A DNA stretch of 64,000 bases from Myxococcales bacterium (GCA_021807105.1 JAKAPL010000005.1:6178-70177); one strand, 5' to 3'. Numbered from the stretch's first letter, positions 10,159 to 20,161 are shown. The notes: generated by a model not told the origin, from the letters alone. Numbers and translations are program-made.

Positions 10159-13100
10159 CTAGTGTAGCTCTCCGCCGCCGCAGACGTTGGGGTGGCCGCC
10201 GCCGCCGCAGGTGCCGGCGTCGCAGCTCCCGCAGTCGAGCAGGCCGCCGCAGCCGTCGGCCGTGGGGCCGCAGTCGTACCCGAGGCCGGCGCAGGTGAGT
10301 CTCGTGCAGCTCGGAGAGCCGCAGACGCCGGGGGTGCCGCCGCCCCCGCACGTTCCGGCGTCGCAGCTCCCGCAGTCGATGGACTTGCCACAGCCGTCGC
10401 CGGCGGGGCCGCAGTCGAAGCCCAGATCGGCGCAGGTCCTCGGCACGCACTCGGCGAACGAGCCGCAGGCGCCGGGGACGCCGCCGCCGCAGCTCTCTCC
10501 CTCGGGGCAGCTCCCGCAGCCGCCGTCGATCGCGCCGCCGCAGCCGTCGCCGGCCGGACCACAGGAGATGCCCTGCTCGGCGCAGGTGCGCGGCACGCAG
10601 GCGGTGCCGCAGCTCCCCGGCTTGCCGCCTCCGCCGCAGGTCTCTCCCGCGGGGCAGCTCCCGCAGCCGCCGTCGATCGCGCCGCCGCAGCCGTCGCCCG
10701 CGGGACCACAAGAAAGGCCCTGCTCGGCGCAGGAGAGCGGCGCGCAGTGGGCGGGGTTGCCGCCGAAGCCGATCGTCTTCAAGTCCAGGCCGCCGGGGCA
10801 ACTGTACGAGATGGCGTAGTCCCAACCGTAGAGCATGACGCCGAAGGGCTGGTCACCGCTCATCGAGTGGACGCCGGGCTGGACGCGGAGCCGCGCGACG
10901 CCATAGCCGGCGGCGCCCATCGGGACGAGCGCGGCGATGGGCGCGCCGTCGAGCGTGATCCGGGCCGACCGGGGAGCGATCACGTCGACGAAGCCGTACG
11001 CGTACGAGGTGGGCGTATAGAACGTGTAGGCCGATCGGTACTGGCCGGTCGGGACGGCCAGGGCCATGTTCGCGTCGCCCAGGCACTTCGCGTCGTTGGG
11101 CCCGTTCGCGTAGGGGCACGAGTTGGTCGTCGGGGTCGTGAAGACGCTCGGGTCGTAGGTCCCCGAGAGCGCGCCCCACGCCTCGAGGTAGTGGGCGACG
11201 AGGACCGGCTTGTTCGCGGTGAGATCGAAGCTCTCCGCGGTCGCGAACTCGAAGACCTGGCCGGCCGAGAGAGTCGGGATCGTCGCGATGGACGGGTCGG
11301 AGAGGGTGACGGCCGTGCCGTCCTCGCCGGCCACGACCCGCCAGCGGTCGACGTCGTCAGCGGAGCGCTGGATGTACTTCTCGCATTCGTAGGAGGTGCC
11401 CCACGCCGTCGTCGGGAAGAGCTGGGCCTCGAAGTGATCGCCGCCGAGCGCGGTGTCGGGGACGGTGGTGGCGCCCGTGCCGCCGAACGCGGCGATCGGC
11501 TTGTCGGCGGTCACGCGCGCCCCGGTGATGTCCTGGAGGTTTCCCGCCTCGGCGATCTCGACGGCCTCCCCCTCGTCGAGGGTGAGGGAATAGCTGCCGC
11601 CGGCCGCGATCGCGGGGATCGTCCCGTCGGCGGACGCCGACGTCGCGACCGGCACCTGCACCTGCACGTGCGTGGCGGGCTGCGTGGCGACGACCGCGAG
11701 GTAGCCCTGGCCGAGCGGCGGCGTGAGGCCGGGCAGCCCGTTGAAGAGGTACGAGAGGACGAAGTAGGAGGCGACCAGGCTGTGGGTGGGCAGCAGGAGG
11801 TCCGCGCCGCCGCTGAACGCCTGGGCCGCGTTGATGGGGTTGTATTCATAGGCGGCGATCGGGGCGGTCGAACGCAGGTGGAACGCCTGGCCGGCCTGGG
11901 TCCGGGTCAGGCGGTCGCGGGCGTTCGGGACCACGAACGTGGCCGCCTGGCCGGGCCCGATGGTCTGTGCGTCGATGATCCCCTGGGCGTCCTCCAGGGT
12001 CACGGTCGCCGAGAGCGTCTTGGAGGTGTTCGAGGCGACGACGCCGAAGTTGCCCTGGAAGTAGCCCGGCCCGTCCTCGGTGTTCCAGAGGTGGACCGGC
12101 CAGAACTCACAGCCCTCGCTGGAGGTGCCGGTGAGGGCGACGTCGCAGGCGTTGGCGCAGTGGTCGCCGACGCAGATCTCCCCGGCGTCCGCGTCGCAGG
12201 CCTCTCTGCCGCTGCACCGCGGGGTGCAAGCGGCGTTGGCGCAGATGAAGAGGGACGGGCAGGCGTGGCCACAGGCCCCGCAGTTCTCGGGGTCGGTCGA
12301 GAGATCGGTGCAGAGCGGGCCGTTCGCGGAGTTGCAGGAGGCGAGCGGAGCGAGGCAGGCGCCGCCGTCCGCGCCGTTCCCGTCACCGCACACGTAAGGG
12401 ATGCCCCCGCCGCCGCAGACGTCCGGCGCCTCGCAGCTCCCGCAGCTCATCAGGGCGCCGCAGCCGTCGGCGACGAGCCCGCAGGTCGCGCCGGCGTTCG
12501 AGCAGATGCGCGGGACGCAGGGGGGCTGGGCGCACCGGCCGGCGATGCCCGCGCCGCCGCACTGCCCGGCGTCGCACGTGCCGCAGTCGAGCGCGCGGCC
12601 GCAGCCGTCGCCCGCCGGGCCGCACTCGACGCCCTGATCGGCGCAGGAGAGCGGCACGCAGCCGCCGTCGGCCGAGAGGTGGCCTCCGTCCTCGCTCCCC
12701 CGCGAGATACCGCAGACGTTGGGCACGCCGCCGCCCCCGCAGCGGTTCGGCGTCGTACAGGAGCCGCACTGGAGGAGGCCGCCGCAGCCGTCGGCGAGCG
12801 GGCCGCAGTTCGCCTGCTCGGAGACGCAGGTCCGGGGCACGCACGCCGCGTGACCGCCGCAGACGCTCGGGACGCCGCCGCCGCCGCAGGTCTCGGGCGG
12901 GGTGCATTCGCCGCACTGGATCACGCCCCCGCAGCCGTCGCCGATCGGTCCGCAGTCCGCGCCGGCGGAGACGCAGTCGCGCAGCGCGCAGCGCGCGCCG
13001 CCGCTCGAGCTGCTCGAACCGCTAACGGCTCCCGAGGACGTCGATCCGCCGCCGCTCCCCGAGGAGGACGAGCTGCTCGAGCCGGCGGCGCCTCCGGAGC

Positions 13101-13224
13101 TGGACGAGGAAGAGGCCGAGGGGGACCCGCCGTCCTCCGCCGGCGCCGGCCGGCCGCCGCACCGGCAGGCGGGGCCCGCCGCGAACGCGAGGACGATCAG
13201 CACGGCCTGCCCGGGGACCCGCAT
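10159..13224 (-). CDS. Secreted Cys-rich repeat protein with central IgGFc-binding-protein-like domain
   Basis: Start MRVPGQAVLIVLAF (ATG at 13224), signal peptide, Ser/Gly linker, many CGPxxDGCGxxxxCGxC repeats on both sides of a domain with GCEFW, LLLPT, DHFEAQLFPTTAWG, PFGVMLYGWDYAISY. Confidence 0.8.
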   Translation of the reverse strand: MRVPGQAVLIVLAFAAGPACRCGGRPAPAEDGGSPSASSSSSSGGAAGSSSSSSSGSGGGSTSSGAVSGSSSSSGGARCALRDCVSAGADCGPIGDGCGGVIQCGECTPPETCGGGGVPSVCGGHAACVPRTCVSEQANCGPLADGCGGLLQCGSCTTPNRCGGGGVPNVCGISRGSEDGGHLSADGGCVPLSCADQGVECGPAGDGCGRALDCGTCDAGQCGGAGIAGRCAQPPCVPRICSNAGATCGLVADGCGALMSCGSCEAPDVCGGGGIPYVCGDGNGADGGACLAPLASCNSANGPLCTDLSTDPENCGACGHACPSLFICANAACTPRCSGREACDADAGEICVGDHCANACDVALTGTSSEGCEFWPVHLWNTEDGPGYFQGNFGVVASNTSKTLSATVTLEDAQGIIDAQTIGPGQAATFVVPNARDRLTRTQAGQAFHLRSTAPIAAYEYNPINAAQAFSGGADLLLPTHSLVASYFVLSYLFNGLPGLTPPLGQGYLAVVATQPATHVQVQVPVATSASADGTIPAIAAGGSYSLTLDEGEAVEIAEAGNLQDITGARVTADKPIAAFGGTGATTVPDTALGGDHFEAQLFPTTAWGTSYECEKYIQRSADDVDRWRVVAGEDGTAVTLSDPSIATIPTLSAGQVFEFATAESFDLTANKPVLVAHYLEAWGALSGTYDPSVFTTPTTNSCPYANGPNDAKCLGDANMALAVPTGQYRSAYTFYTPTSYAYGFVDVIAPRSARITLDGAPIAALVPMGAAGYGVARLRVQPGVHSMSGDQPFGVMLYGWDYAISYSCPGGLDLKTIGFGGNPAHCAPLSCAEQGLSCGPAGDGCGGAIDGGCGSCPAGETCGGGGKPGSCGTACVPRTCAEQGISCGPAGDGCGGAIDGGCGSCPEGESCGGGVPGACGSFAECVPRTCADLGFDCGPAGDGCGKSIDCGSCDAGTCGGGGTPGVCGSPSCTRLTCAGLGYDCGPTADGCGGLLDCGSCDAGTCGGGGHPNVCGGGELH

Positions 13225-13317
13225 CGCGGGGGATTGTCGCGCCTCCTCGCCGCCAGGGCAAGCTCCCCGTGGAATGGGCTTGCCGCCGCCGTGGAACCGT
13301 GCCATAGGACCCGTCCC

Positions 13318-14421
13318 GTGCCGCGCTTCCGGTACGACGAGAACCTCTTCTACGAGGATTCGCCGACGTTTTGGCCGGGCCCCGATGACGTGGAGGCCTT
13401 CCACCGCACGCTCCCCGGCTTCGCGCCGACGCCGCTGCGGTCCCTGCCGGCGCTCGCCCGCGAGCTGGGCGTCGCCGAGCTGTGGGTGAAGGACGAAGCC
13501 ACGCGGCTCGGGCTCGCGGCCTTCAAGGTCCTCGGCGCCTCCTACGCGATCCACCGCCACCGGCTCCACCACGGCACCGGGCCGACCACGTTCGCGAGCG
13601 CGACCGACGGCAACCACGGCCGCGCGGTCGCCTGGTCCGCGCGCCGCCTCGGGCAGAAGGCGGTGATCTACGTGCCGCGCGGGACCGTGCCCGCGCGCAT
13701 CGACGCGATCCGGGCCGAGGGGGCGCAGGTCATCGTGGTGGAGGGGACCTACGACGACGCGGTCCGCCGGTCGGCGAAGGAGGCCGCCGAGAACGGCTGG
13801 ACCGTCGTCTCGGACACTTCCTGGGCGGGCTACAAGGAGATCCCACAGTGGATCATGGAGGGCTACACGACGCTCTTCAGGGAGGTGACGCGGCAGCTCG
13901 CCGGCGCCGAGCCGACGCACGTCGTGCTCCAGGCGGGGGTGGGCGCGTTCGCCGGCGCGGGCGGCCTCTTCTATGCGCGCGAGGGGCGCCGGCCGGTGCT
14001 CGTCTGCGTCGAGCCGATCGAGGCGGACGGCCTGCGCGCGTCGGTCGCCGCGCCGGGCGGCATCCGCCGCCTGCCCGCGGGCAGCCAGCGGTCGATCATG
14101 GCCGGTCTCAACTGCGGGATGCCGTCGCTGCTCGCCTGGCCGGTCATCCGCGGCAGCTTCCGCGGCTTCCTCGCGATCGACGACGAGTACGCGCGGGCGG
14201 CGATGCGCCGGCTTGCGGCGGAGGGGATCGTCTCCGGCGAGTCCGGGGCGGCGGGCGTCGCCGGATTGCTCGCGTTCGCCGGGGAGCCGGAGCTCGCCGC
14301 GGCCCGCGCGAAGCTCGGCCTCGACGCGGGGGCGCGCGTGCTCGCGGTCTCCACCGAGGGCGCGACCGACCCGGCGGGCTGGCGCGCGATTGTCGGGACC
14401 GAGCCTCCCGTGGCAGGGTAG
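13318..14421 (+). CDS. dpaL: Diaminopropionate ammonia-lyase (PLP-dependent)
   Basis: VKDEATRLGLAAFKVLGASYA (PLP Lys), ATDGNHGRAVAW, SDTSWAGY, QAGVG, SIMAGLNCG, GESGAAG, STEGATDP; GTG start inferred. Confidence 0.9.
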   Translation: MPRFRYDENLFYEDSPTFWPGPDDVEAFHRTLPGFAPTPLRSLPALARELGVAELWVKDEATRLGLAAFKVLGASYAIHRHRLHHGTGPTTFASATDGNHGRAVAWSARRLGQKAVIYVPRGTVPARIDAIRAEGAQVIVVEGTYDDAVRRSAKEAAENGWTVVSDTSWAGYKEIPQWIMEGYTTLFREVTRQLAGAEPTHVVLQAGVGAFAGAGGLFYAREGRRPVLVCVEPIEADGLRASVAAPGGIRRLPAGSQRSIMAGLNCGMPSLLAWPVIRGSFRGFLAIDDEYARAAMRRLAAEGIVSGESGAAGVAGLLAFAGEPELAAARAKLGLDAGARVLAVSTEGATDPAGWRAIVGTEPPVAG

Positions 14422-14425
14422 GAGG

Positions 14426-15679
14426 ATGGCTTTCGCGATCGACGGCCGGCGGCTCTGGGAATCGCTCGAGGCCCTCGGGCGGATCGGCCGCTACCGCGAC
14501 GACGAGGCGGAGGTCTGGGGCGTCTGCCGGCTCGCCCTCACCGCCGCGGACGGCGAGGGGCGGCGCCACGTCGTCGAGCAGATGAAGGCCGCGGGGCTCG
14601 CGGTCACGATCGACCGGATCGGGAACGTCTTCGGCCGGCGGGAGGGGCGCGAACCGCTCGCGCCTGTCATGGTCGGTTCGCACGTCGATTCCGTTCCCAC
14701 CGCCGGCCGGTTCGACGGCTGCCTCGGCGTCCTCGGCGGCCTGGAGATCGTCCGCAGCCTCGCGGACGACCAGCGGGTCACCCGCCGGCCGATCGTCGTC
14801 GCCTTCTTCACCGACGAGGAGGGGTGCCGGTTCGGCACCGACATGCTCGGCAGCGCGGTCGCGACCGGCCGCATCCCGCTCGATCGGGCGTATGGCCTCA
14901 AAGACCGCGACGGCCTCACCGTCCGCGACGAGCTCTCCCGGATCGGCTTTCTCGGCGAGGCCGACGTGGCGCTCGCCCCGCCCCACGCTTACGTCGAGTG
15001 CCACATCGAGCAGGGGCCGACGCTGCGCGCGGCCGGCAAGGACATCGGCGTCGTCTCCGGCGTCCAGGCGATCTCGTGGCACGAGCTGACCCTCACCGGC
15101 AGGAGCGCCCACGCCGGCACGACGCCGATGGAGCTGCGCGCCGACGCGGGGATGGCCGCCGCGCGGCTCAACCTCTACCTGCGGGCCATGATCCTCTCCG
15201 GACGCTACGGGGCGCTGCGGGCCACGATGGGCGCGATCGTCCCGCGCCCCGGCCTCGTGAACATCGTGCCCGGCAAGGTGATCGCGACCATCGACCTGCG
15301 CAACCCGGACGACGGCGCCATGCGCCGCGCCGAGCAGGACCTGATCGGCTTCTACGACCGCGTCGCGCAGGACGAGCACGTGAAGATCACCTGGCGGCAG
15401 ACCGCGCGGACCGATTCGGTCGCCTTCTCGCCCAAGCTCCAGGAGCGGATCGCGGCGGCGGCCGAGGCGCGCGGTCTCTCCTGCTCCCCGATCGTGTCCG
15501 GCGCCGGCCACGACGCCCAGGAGATGGCGCGCCTCTGCCCCGCGGGCATGGTCTTCGTCCCCGGCGAGAACGACGGCATCAGCCACAATCCGCGCGAGTA
15601 CTCGACGCCGGAGCAGTGCGCGCGCGGCGTCTCCGTCCTCGCCGACGTGCTCCTCTCGCTGGCGGAGGAGGAGGGCTGA
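14426..15679 (+). CDS. M20 Zn-dependent N-carbamoyl-amino acid amidohydrolase (allantoate amidohydrolase/beta-ureidopropionase family)
   Basis: RBS GGAGG then ATG at 14426; [55 protein letters not shown]. Confidence 0.9.
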   Translation: MAFAIDGRRLWESLEALGRIGRYRDDEAEVWGVCRLALTAADGEGRRHVVEQMKAAGLAVTIDRIGNVFGRREGREPLAPVMVGSHVDSVPTAGRFDGCLGVLGGLEIVRSLADDQRVTRRPIVVAFFTDEEGCRFGTDMLGSAVATGRIPLDRAYGLKDRDGLTVRDELSRIGFLGEADVALAPPHAYVECHIEQGPTLRAAGKDIGVVSGVQAISWHELTLTGRSAHAGTTPMELRADAGMAAARLNLYLRAMILSGRYGALRATMGAIVPRPGLVNIVPGKVIATIDLRNPDDGAMRRAEQDLIGFYDRVAQDEHVKITWRQTARTDSVAFSPKLQERIAAAAEARGLSCSPIVSGAGHDAQEMARLCPAGMVFVPGENDGISHNPREYSTPEQCARGVSVLADVLLSLAEEEG

Positions 15680-15683
15680 CCCG

Positions 15684-16616
15684 GTGCGGGCCGCACTCGT
15701 CCAGACCGTCAATGTCTACCCGCTGCCGGCGCGGCGGGAGGAGCTGGCCGCCGTCGCCTCGCTGCTGCCCGCGATCGCCCGGGCGAACGTCGACCACCAC
15801 CTGACCCTGCTCGGCGAGGCCGCCTTCCGCGGCGCGCAGGTGGTCTGCCTGGGCGAGCTGTTCCCGGCGCCCTACTTCGCGCTCGACGCGGACCCGATGT
15901 GGCGAGGGCTCGCGGAGGACGCCGAGAACGGCGAGACCGTGACCCGCCTGCGCGGGGCCGCCGCCCGCCTGCGCCTCGTCGTCGTCGCGCCCATCTACGA
16001 GCGGGCCCCGGACGGCCGCCGCTTCAACACCGCGGTGGTCATCGACGCGAGCGGGCGCATCCTCGGCAAGTACCGGAAGAACCACATCCCCGAGGGCGGC
16101 AACGAGCAGGGGACCTTCCACGAGAAGACATACTACGAGCCCGGGGTCCCCGGGGCCGGGCCGGGCGGGGCGAACGTCTCGCGAAACCCGTTCTTCCCCG
16201 TCTTCCAGACCCCGCTCGGCCGGATCGGCGTCGCCATCTGTTACGACCGCCACTTCGAGGGCGTCTTCTCGACGCTCTCCGCCGAGGGCGCGCAGCTCGT
16301 CTTCTGCCCCGCGGTCTCCTTCGGGGAGAAGAGCCGGCGCCTCTGGCGGCAGGAGTTCGCGGTCGAGGCCGCCCGCCACCGGCTCTTCATCGGCGCGAGC
16401 AACCGCAAGGGCGCGGAGCCGCCGTGGGGCCAGGAGTACTACGGCGAGAGCCACTTCGTCGGACCCGACGGCCCGATCTCCGACCTCTCCGATCACCCGA
16501 ACCTCGTGATCGCGGACGTCGACCTCGACGGCCTCTCGCGCCCCGATCCCGCGGGCTGGGACCTGCGGCGGGACCGGCGGCCCGAGATCTACGGCGCGGG
16601 GAAGGCGAACGGCTAG
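15684..16616 (+). CDS. Nitrilase-superfamily C-N hydrolase, beta-ureidopropionase-like
   Basis: E-K-C triad: CLGELF, YRKNHIP, ICYDRHF; FHEKTYY and YYGESHF motifs. Confidence 0.85.
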   Translation: MRAALVQTVNVYPLPARREELAAVASLLPAIARANVDHHLTLLGEAAFRGAQVVCLGELFPAPYFALDADPMWRGLAEDAENGETVTRLRGAAARLRLVVVAPIYERAPDGRRFNTAVVIDASGRILGKYRKNHIPEGGNEQGTFHEKTYYEPGVPGAGPGGANVSRNPFFPVFQTPLGRIGVAICYDRHFEGVFSTLSAEGAQLVFCPAVSFGEKSRRLWRQEFAVEAARHRLFIGASNRKGAEPPWGQEYYGESHFVGPDGPISDLSDHPNLVIADVDLDGLSRPDPAGWDLRRDRRPEIYGAGKANG

Positions 16617-16779
16617 AAGAACGTCAGCCGCCCGGAGCGACGATGCCCATGAGGAACCCGGGGAGCGGGGCTCGTTGCTTCTGTTCCCGGGCTCATGGCG
16701 TTCGAATCAGTTTTTCGCGCGAAGCGCGGAGCCGTCCCGTGGACGGTCATCGGCGACGAAGAGAGGCTCCCCGCCCCGC

Positions 16780-17772
16780 ATGACCCGCCTCCTGTCCTGG
16801 TTTCTCGCCGCCTCCCTCGCCGGCTGCGGCGGCGGCGTTTCGCGAACCGCCGCCGCGTTGTTGCGGCGGCTCCCGCTCCCGGTCCGGACGCGGTGGCGGC
16901 TGCGGATCGACGTCCCCGATCGGAGCTGCGTCGGCGAGGCGGGCGGCACGGTCTGCTTTCAGGAGGGGGCGACGCGCGAGGAGGCGCGCGCGGTCCTCCA
17001 CGCGCTCGCCGCGCAAGGAGGGCTCGCGGGGCGGCGGATGCGGGCGATCGTCCGCCACGTGGGCGAGGGCGCCGAGGCCACCCCGCAGATCCTCTTCGCG
17101 CTGCCCGAGGGGGCCTGGTCGGACGCCGGGACCGCCGAGGCCCTCACCCTCGCCGCGAAGGCGCTCCACTCCGATCCGCGGTTCGCCGAGGCCGACGTCC
17201 TCCTCACCGGCGAGGACTGGTGGCCGCGGCGCGTCGTCCATGGCACCTGCCCGGCGGCCGGGAGCGCGTGCTGCGCGCTCGTGATCCCGGACGGCGCCCG
17301 GACGGTCGCGCGGGTCGAGCGGGCGCTCCCGCCGGCCCTCGGGGGGACGCCGGCTGGGGGCGTCTACACGCTCTCGTCGTTCTCGTACGTGGGCGATGGC
17401 CCGGACGGCCGCGAGGCGCGGGGCGCCCTCTCGATTGCCGGAGGCGAGCTGTCGAGCGCGATCACCTTCGACGTGGAGCGCGTCCGCTACCTCCATTGTC
17501 CGGCCCAGTGCGAGCGGTACGCCTTCCACGTCGAGGGCCGCCAGCTCGTCGCGAGGCAGATCTGCCCGTCTTGCCAGGGGGCGGACTGCGACGTCCGCTG
17601 GGGCTTCACCGCGACCCCCGACCGTCTCTCCCTCATCCACGAGGGCCAGGGCATGGAGCCCTCGACCGCGCTCGTGTTCACGAGACCCGGGGGCGATCGT
17701 GGGGCCGTCGCGGGCGGGGAGAGACCGCCGGACGCGGCGGAGGTGCGGGACGTGGTGGAGCGATCGTTCTAG
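16780..17772 (+). CDS. Hypothetical lipoprotein
   Basis: MTRLLSWFLAASLAGC lipobox; GC3-rich codon usage; no family recognised. Confidence 0.55.
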   Translation: MTRLLSWFLAASLAGCGGGVSRTAAALLRRLPLPVRTRWRLRIDVPDRSCVGEAGGTVCFQEGATREEARAVLHALAAQGGLAGRRMRAIVRHVGEGAEATPQILFALPEGAWSDAGTAEALTLAAKALHSDPRFAEADVLLTGEDWWPRRVVHGTCPAAGSACCALVIPDGARTVARVERALPPALGGTPAGGVYTLSSFSYVGDGPDGREARGALSIAGGELSSAITFDVERVRYLHCPAQCERYAFHVEGRQLVARQICPSCQGADCDVRWGFTATPDRLSLIHEGQGMEPSTALVFTRPGGDRGAVAGGERPPDAAEVRDVVERSF

Positions 17773-17789
17773 CGAGCGGGCGGTCGATC

Positions 17790-18077
17790 CAGGGCCGCGG
17801 CAAAGAGCTTGTGAATTAATCCCCGGACCGAGCCAGGCCGTCGAGACGGGCCCCAGATGCGAGGCGCGGCAACGAGGCATACTCACTGGAGTATGCCGCA
17901 GTTGACGAGAACAAAGAGCCCGGATCGGCGGTCTGGCGACGGGAGGGGATTTGATTCACAGGCTCAAAGTCGTGCAGCGAGCGAAACTTTGATGAGGAAA
18001 CCAGGAAGCTAGGAAGAAAAACCTCCCGGGTTCCTTATAGGCGAGGTTCGCGCACCGCGACTTTGACCTAGGCCGTG
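17790..18077. mobile_element. Older MITE (family E), IS4-like ends, interrupted by MITE A1
   Basis: After removing A1 the ends read CAGGGCCGCGGCAAAGTCG and (reverse complement) CACGGCCTAGGTCAAAGTCG; flanked by a 10-bp direct repeat GCGGTCGATC at 17780-17789 and 18078-18087. Confidence 0.7.
17805..17965. mobile_element. MITE family A, copy 1 (161 bp)
   Basis: TIR GAGCTTGTGAAT / ATTCACAGGCTC, 3-bp TSD AAA on both sides, central hairpin GGCATACTC-ACTG-GAGTATGCC; near-identical inverted copy at 26538-26702. Confidence 0.9.
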
Positions 18078-18095
18078 GCGGTCGATCGTTTTTCG

Positions 18096-18124
18096 TTGAC
18101 ATCGCCCGCCGGTGAACGTAGATG
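18096..18124 (+). promoter_or_regulatory. Candidate sigma70 promoter for the riboswitch leader
   Basis: Perfect TTGACA at 18096-18101, only a weak -10 (GTAGATG) 16-17 bp downstream, about 25 nt before the aptamer. Confidence 0.4.
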
Positions 18125-18146
18125 GCGCGCGTTGGTTGGCGGAACA

Positions 18147-18306
18147 CTCGTTAGGCGAGGCGTCCGCGCGAACAGAGGCCACTGCCCCGCAACGACGAGA
18201 GTCGCCAAGGGGTAGACCAGGGCTTGCCGGCTTAAGGCTTGCTCTAACGTGGCTGAGGATCGAGGTGGGCCCTCTACGTCGCGCGGTGCTGAAGCTCGAC
18301 TTGGAG
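18147..18306 (+). ncRNA. M-box (ykoK leader) Mg2+-sensing riboswitch
   Basis: Colinear match to the ykoK leader consensus: CUCGUUAGGCGAGGC...CUGCCCC...CGCCAAGGGGUAGACCAG...UAAGG...UAACGUGGCUG...GUGCUGAAGCUCGAC. Confidence 0.88.
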
Positions 18307-18355
18307 CAGGCGCCGTCCGGGACCCGCGCGCGGGCTCCCGGGTCGCGAGGCCTGG

Positions 18356-18536
18356 GAGGCTGGTGTGAAATGGGTGGCGTCGCGAGAAAGCCGAGACCGG
18401 GGCGAGACGGGCGCCCGGGGAGTGAGCAGCACAAACGTACTCTTTGCAGTCCTACGTTGAGCAGCGGAGCGACGAGGCCGCCCGTCGCGGCGAAGGGATC
18501 GACTTTCGCAGCAGGCAGCCATCTCACACCAGTCTC
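18356..18536. mobile_element. MITE family B, copy 1
   Basis: TIR GAGGCTGGTGTGAAATGG / CCATCTCACACCAGTCTC; flanks CTGG (decayed) and CTAG; homologous to four other copies in the window. Confidence 0.9.
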
Positions 18537-18540
18537 CTAG

Positions 18541-18652
18541 GAGACTGTCGGGTAAAAACGTAACCCATTGAAATGAGACCTGCGGAGAAACGCCACATGC
18601 TGAGTCATTTCGATGCCTTGCGCGATCCTGAATTTATTTCTCCGACAGTCTC
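18541..18652. mobile_element. MITE family C (112 bp)
   Basis: TIR GAGACTGTCGG / CCGACAGTCTC, flanked by CTAG at 18537-18540 and 18653-18656; AT-richer interior. Confidence 0.85.
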
Positions 18653-18670
18653 CTAGACGTGGAGGAGGTC

Positions 18671-20161
18671 GTGTCTGGTCGTTTTCGGCTCGGCGCCGGC
18701 TGCCGTGGGTTCACCCTTCGGGTGGCGCCGGTGGCCTGCCTCGCGCTCCTCGCCGCCGCGCCGGCGTTCGCGCAGACCGCGCCGCCGGGGCCCCACGAGG
18801 AGGATGAGTTCGACTTCATGCACTGGCTCGCGGATCGCGGCCTGCACGATCTCGAGGACGAGAGCTGGAACGCGTACGGCCAGTTCACCTGGATCCAGCA
18901 GCTCAAGCCGCCGTTCCCCGCGAAGTACACGAACCTGAACGGGAGCAACCACTCGCTCCTGCCGACCCGGGAGTGGAGCTTCACGGGGACCGCGACCCTC
19001 TACTTCGGCGTGCGGCTCTGGAAGGGCGCGGAGGGCTACGTCGTGCCGGAGGTGATCTCCGAGCACCCGCTCTCGGATCTGTACGGGCTGACCGGCGCGA
19101 TCCAGAACTTCGAGCTCCAGAAGGGCGGCAGCGACGTCCCGCAGGCGTACCGCTCGCGCGCCTACGTGAGGCAGACGATCGGCCTCGGCGGCGGGGAGGA
19201 GCACGTCCCATCCAACCCGATGCAGCTCGGGACGACCTACGACCGCCGGCGTCTCGTCCTCGTCGCGGGCAGCTTCAGCGTCCTCGACTTCTTCGACCGG
19301 ACCCCCTTCGACATCGATCCGCGCCAGGGCTTCTTCAGCCTCGCCTACCTGACCTATCCGGCCTATGACTTCGCCTCCGACGCGCGGGGTTATTCCTGGG
19401 GCGGGGTCGTCGAGCTCGACTGGGACGACTGGGCCGTTCGCTACGCCCGGATCACCCCCCCCGCGGAGCCGAACCAGCTCCCCGTGGACTTCCGGCTCTG
19501 GGAGTACTACGGCGACCAGATCGAGCTGGAGCACGACCATCGGCTCTTCGGCCGGGACGGCAAGGTCCGCATCCTGGGCTACCACACGCGGGCGATCATG
19601 GGCCGCTTCGCCGACGCGATCTCGGCCTTCGAGGCGGACCCCCAGGAGAACGCGGCCGACTGTCCCGGCTTCAATTACGGCTCGCTGAACGCGCACGCCC
19701 CCGACCTCTGTTGGGTCCGCCGGCCGGACGACAAGTGGGGGATCGGCCTGTACGCCGAGCAGTACGTCGCCCGCGACATCGGCCTCTTCTTCCGTGGCAT
19801 GTGGGCCGACGGCCAGAGCGAGGTCGATGCCTACACCTCGGCGGACCGCTCGCTCTCGTTCGGGGCGCTCGGCAAGGGCGCCCTCTGGGGGCGGCGCAAC
19901 GACGTGACGGGGGTGGGCGTGAACGGGAGCTGGATCTCCGCCGTGCACGCGGCCTACCTCGCGCTGGGCGGCGTCGATGGCTTCATCGGCGACGGGGCGA
20001 TCACCCCGGCGCCCGAGCTCACCGGCGACGTCTTCTACAGCTTCGAGATCCTCTCCTCGATCTGGCTGTCGGCCGACTTCCAGCACATCGTGAACCCGGC
20101 GATGAACGCCGCCCGCGGCCCCGTCGAGGTCTTCGGAGCGAGGATCCATGCGGAGTTCTGA
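18671..20161 (+). CDS. OprB-family porin, MnoP-like (candidate divalent-cation porin)
   Basis: Signal peptide (...AAPAFAQ), YFGVRLWKGAE, PEV, RAYVRQT, YDFASDARGYSWG, C-terminal ADFQHIVNPAMNAARGPVEVFGARIHAEF ending in Phe; start uncertain (18659/18671/18722). Confidence 0.8.
   Translation: MSGRFRLGAGCRGFTLRVAPVACLALLAAAPAFAQTAPPGPHEEDEFDFMHWLADRGLHDLEDESWNAYGQFTWIQQLKPPFPAKYTNLNGSNHSLLPTREWSFTGTATLYFGVRLWKGAEGYVVPEVISEHPLSDLYGLTGAIQNFELQKGGSDVPQAYRSRAYVRQTIGLGGGEEHVPSNPMQLGTTYDRRRLVLVAGSFSVLDFFDRTPFDIDPRQGFFSLAYLTYPAYDFASDARGYSWGGVVELDWDDWAVRYARITPPAEPNQLPVDFRLWEYYGDQIELEHDHRLFGRDGKVRILGYHTRAIMGRFADAISAFEADPQENAADCPGFNYGSLNAHAPDLCWVRRPDDKWGIGLYAEQYVARDIGLFFRGMWADGQSEVDAYTSADRSLSFGALGKGALWGRRNDVTGVGVNGSWISAVHAAYLALGGVDGFIGDGAITPAPELTGDVFYSFEILSSIWLSADFQHIVNPAMNAARGPVEVFGARIHAEF

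Noticed and set aside
10192-13317. 1409-aa fusion ORF ending in DpaL
   Set aside because: The first ~1040 aa are the antisense shadow of the Cys-rich gene; DpaL homology starts only near 13318.
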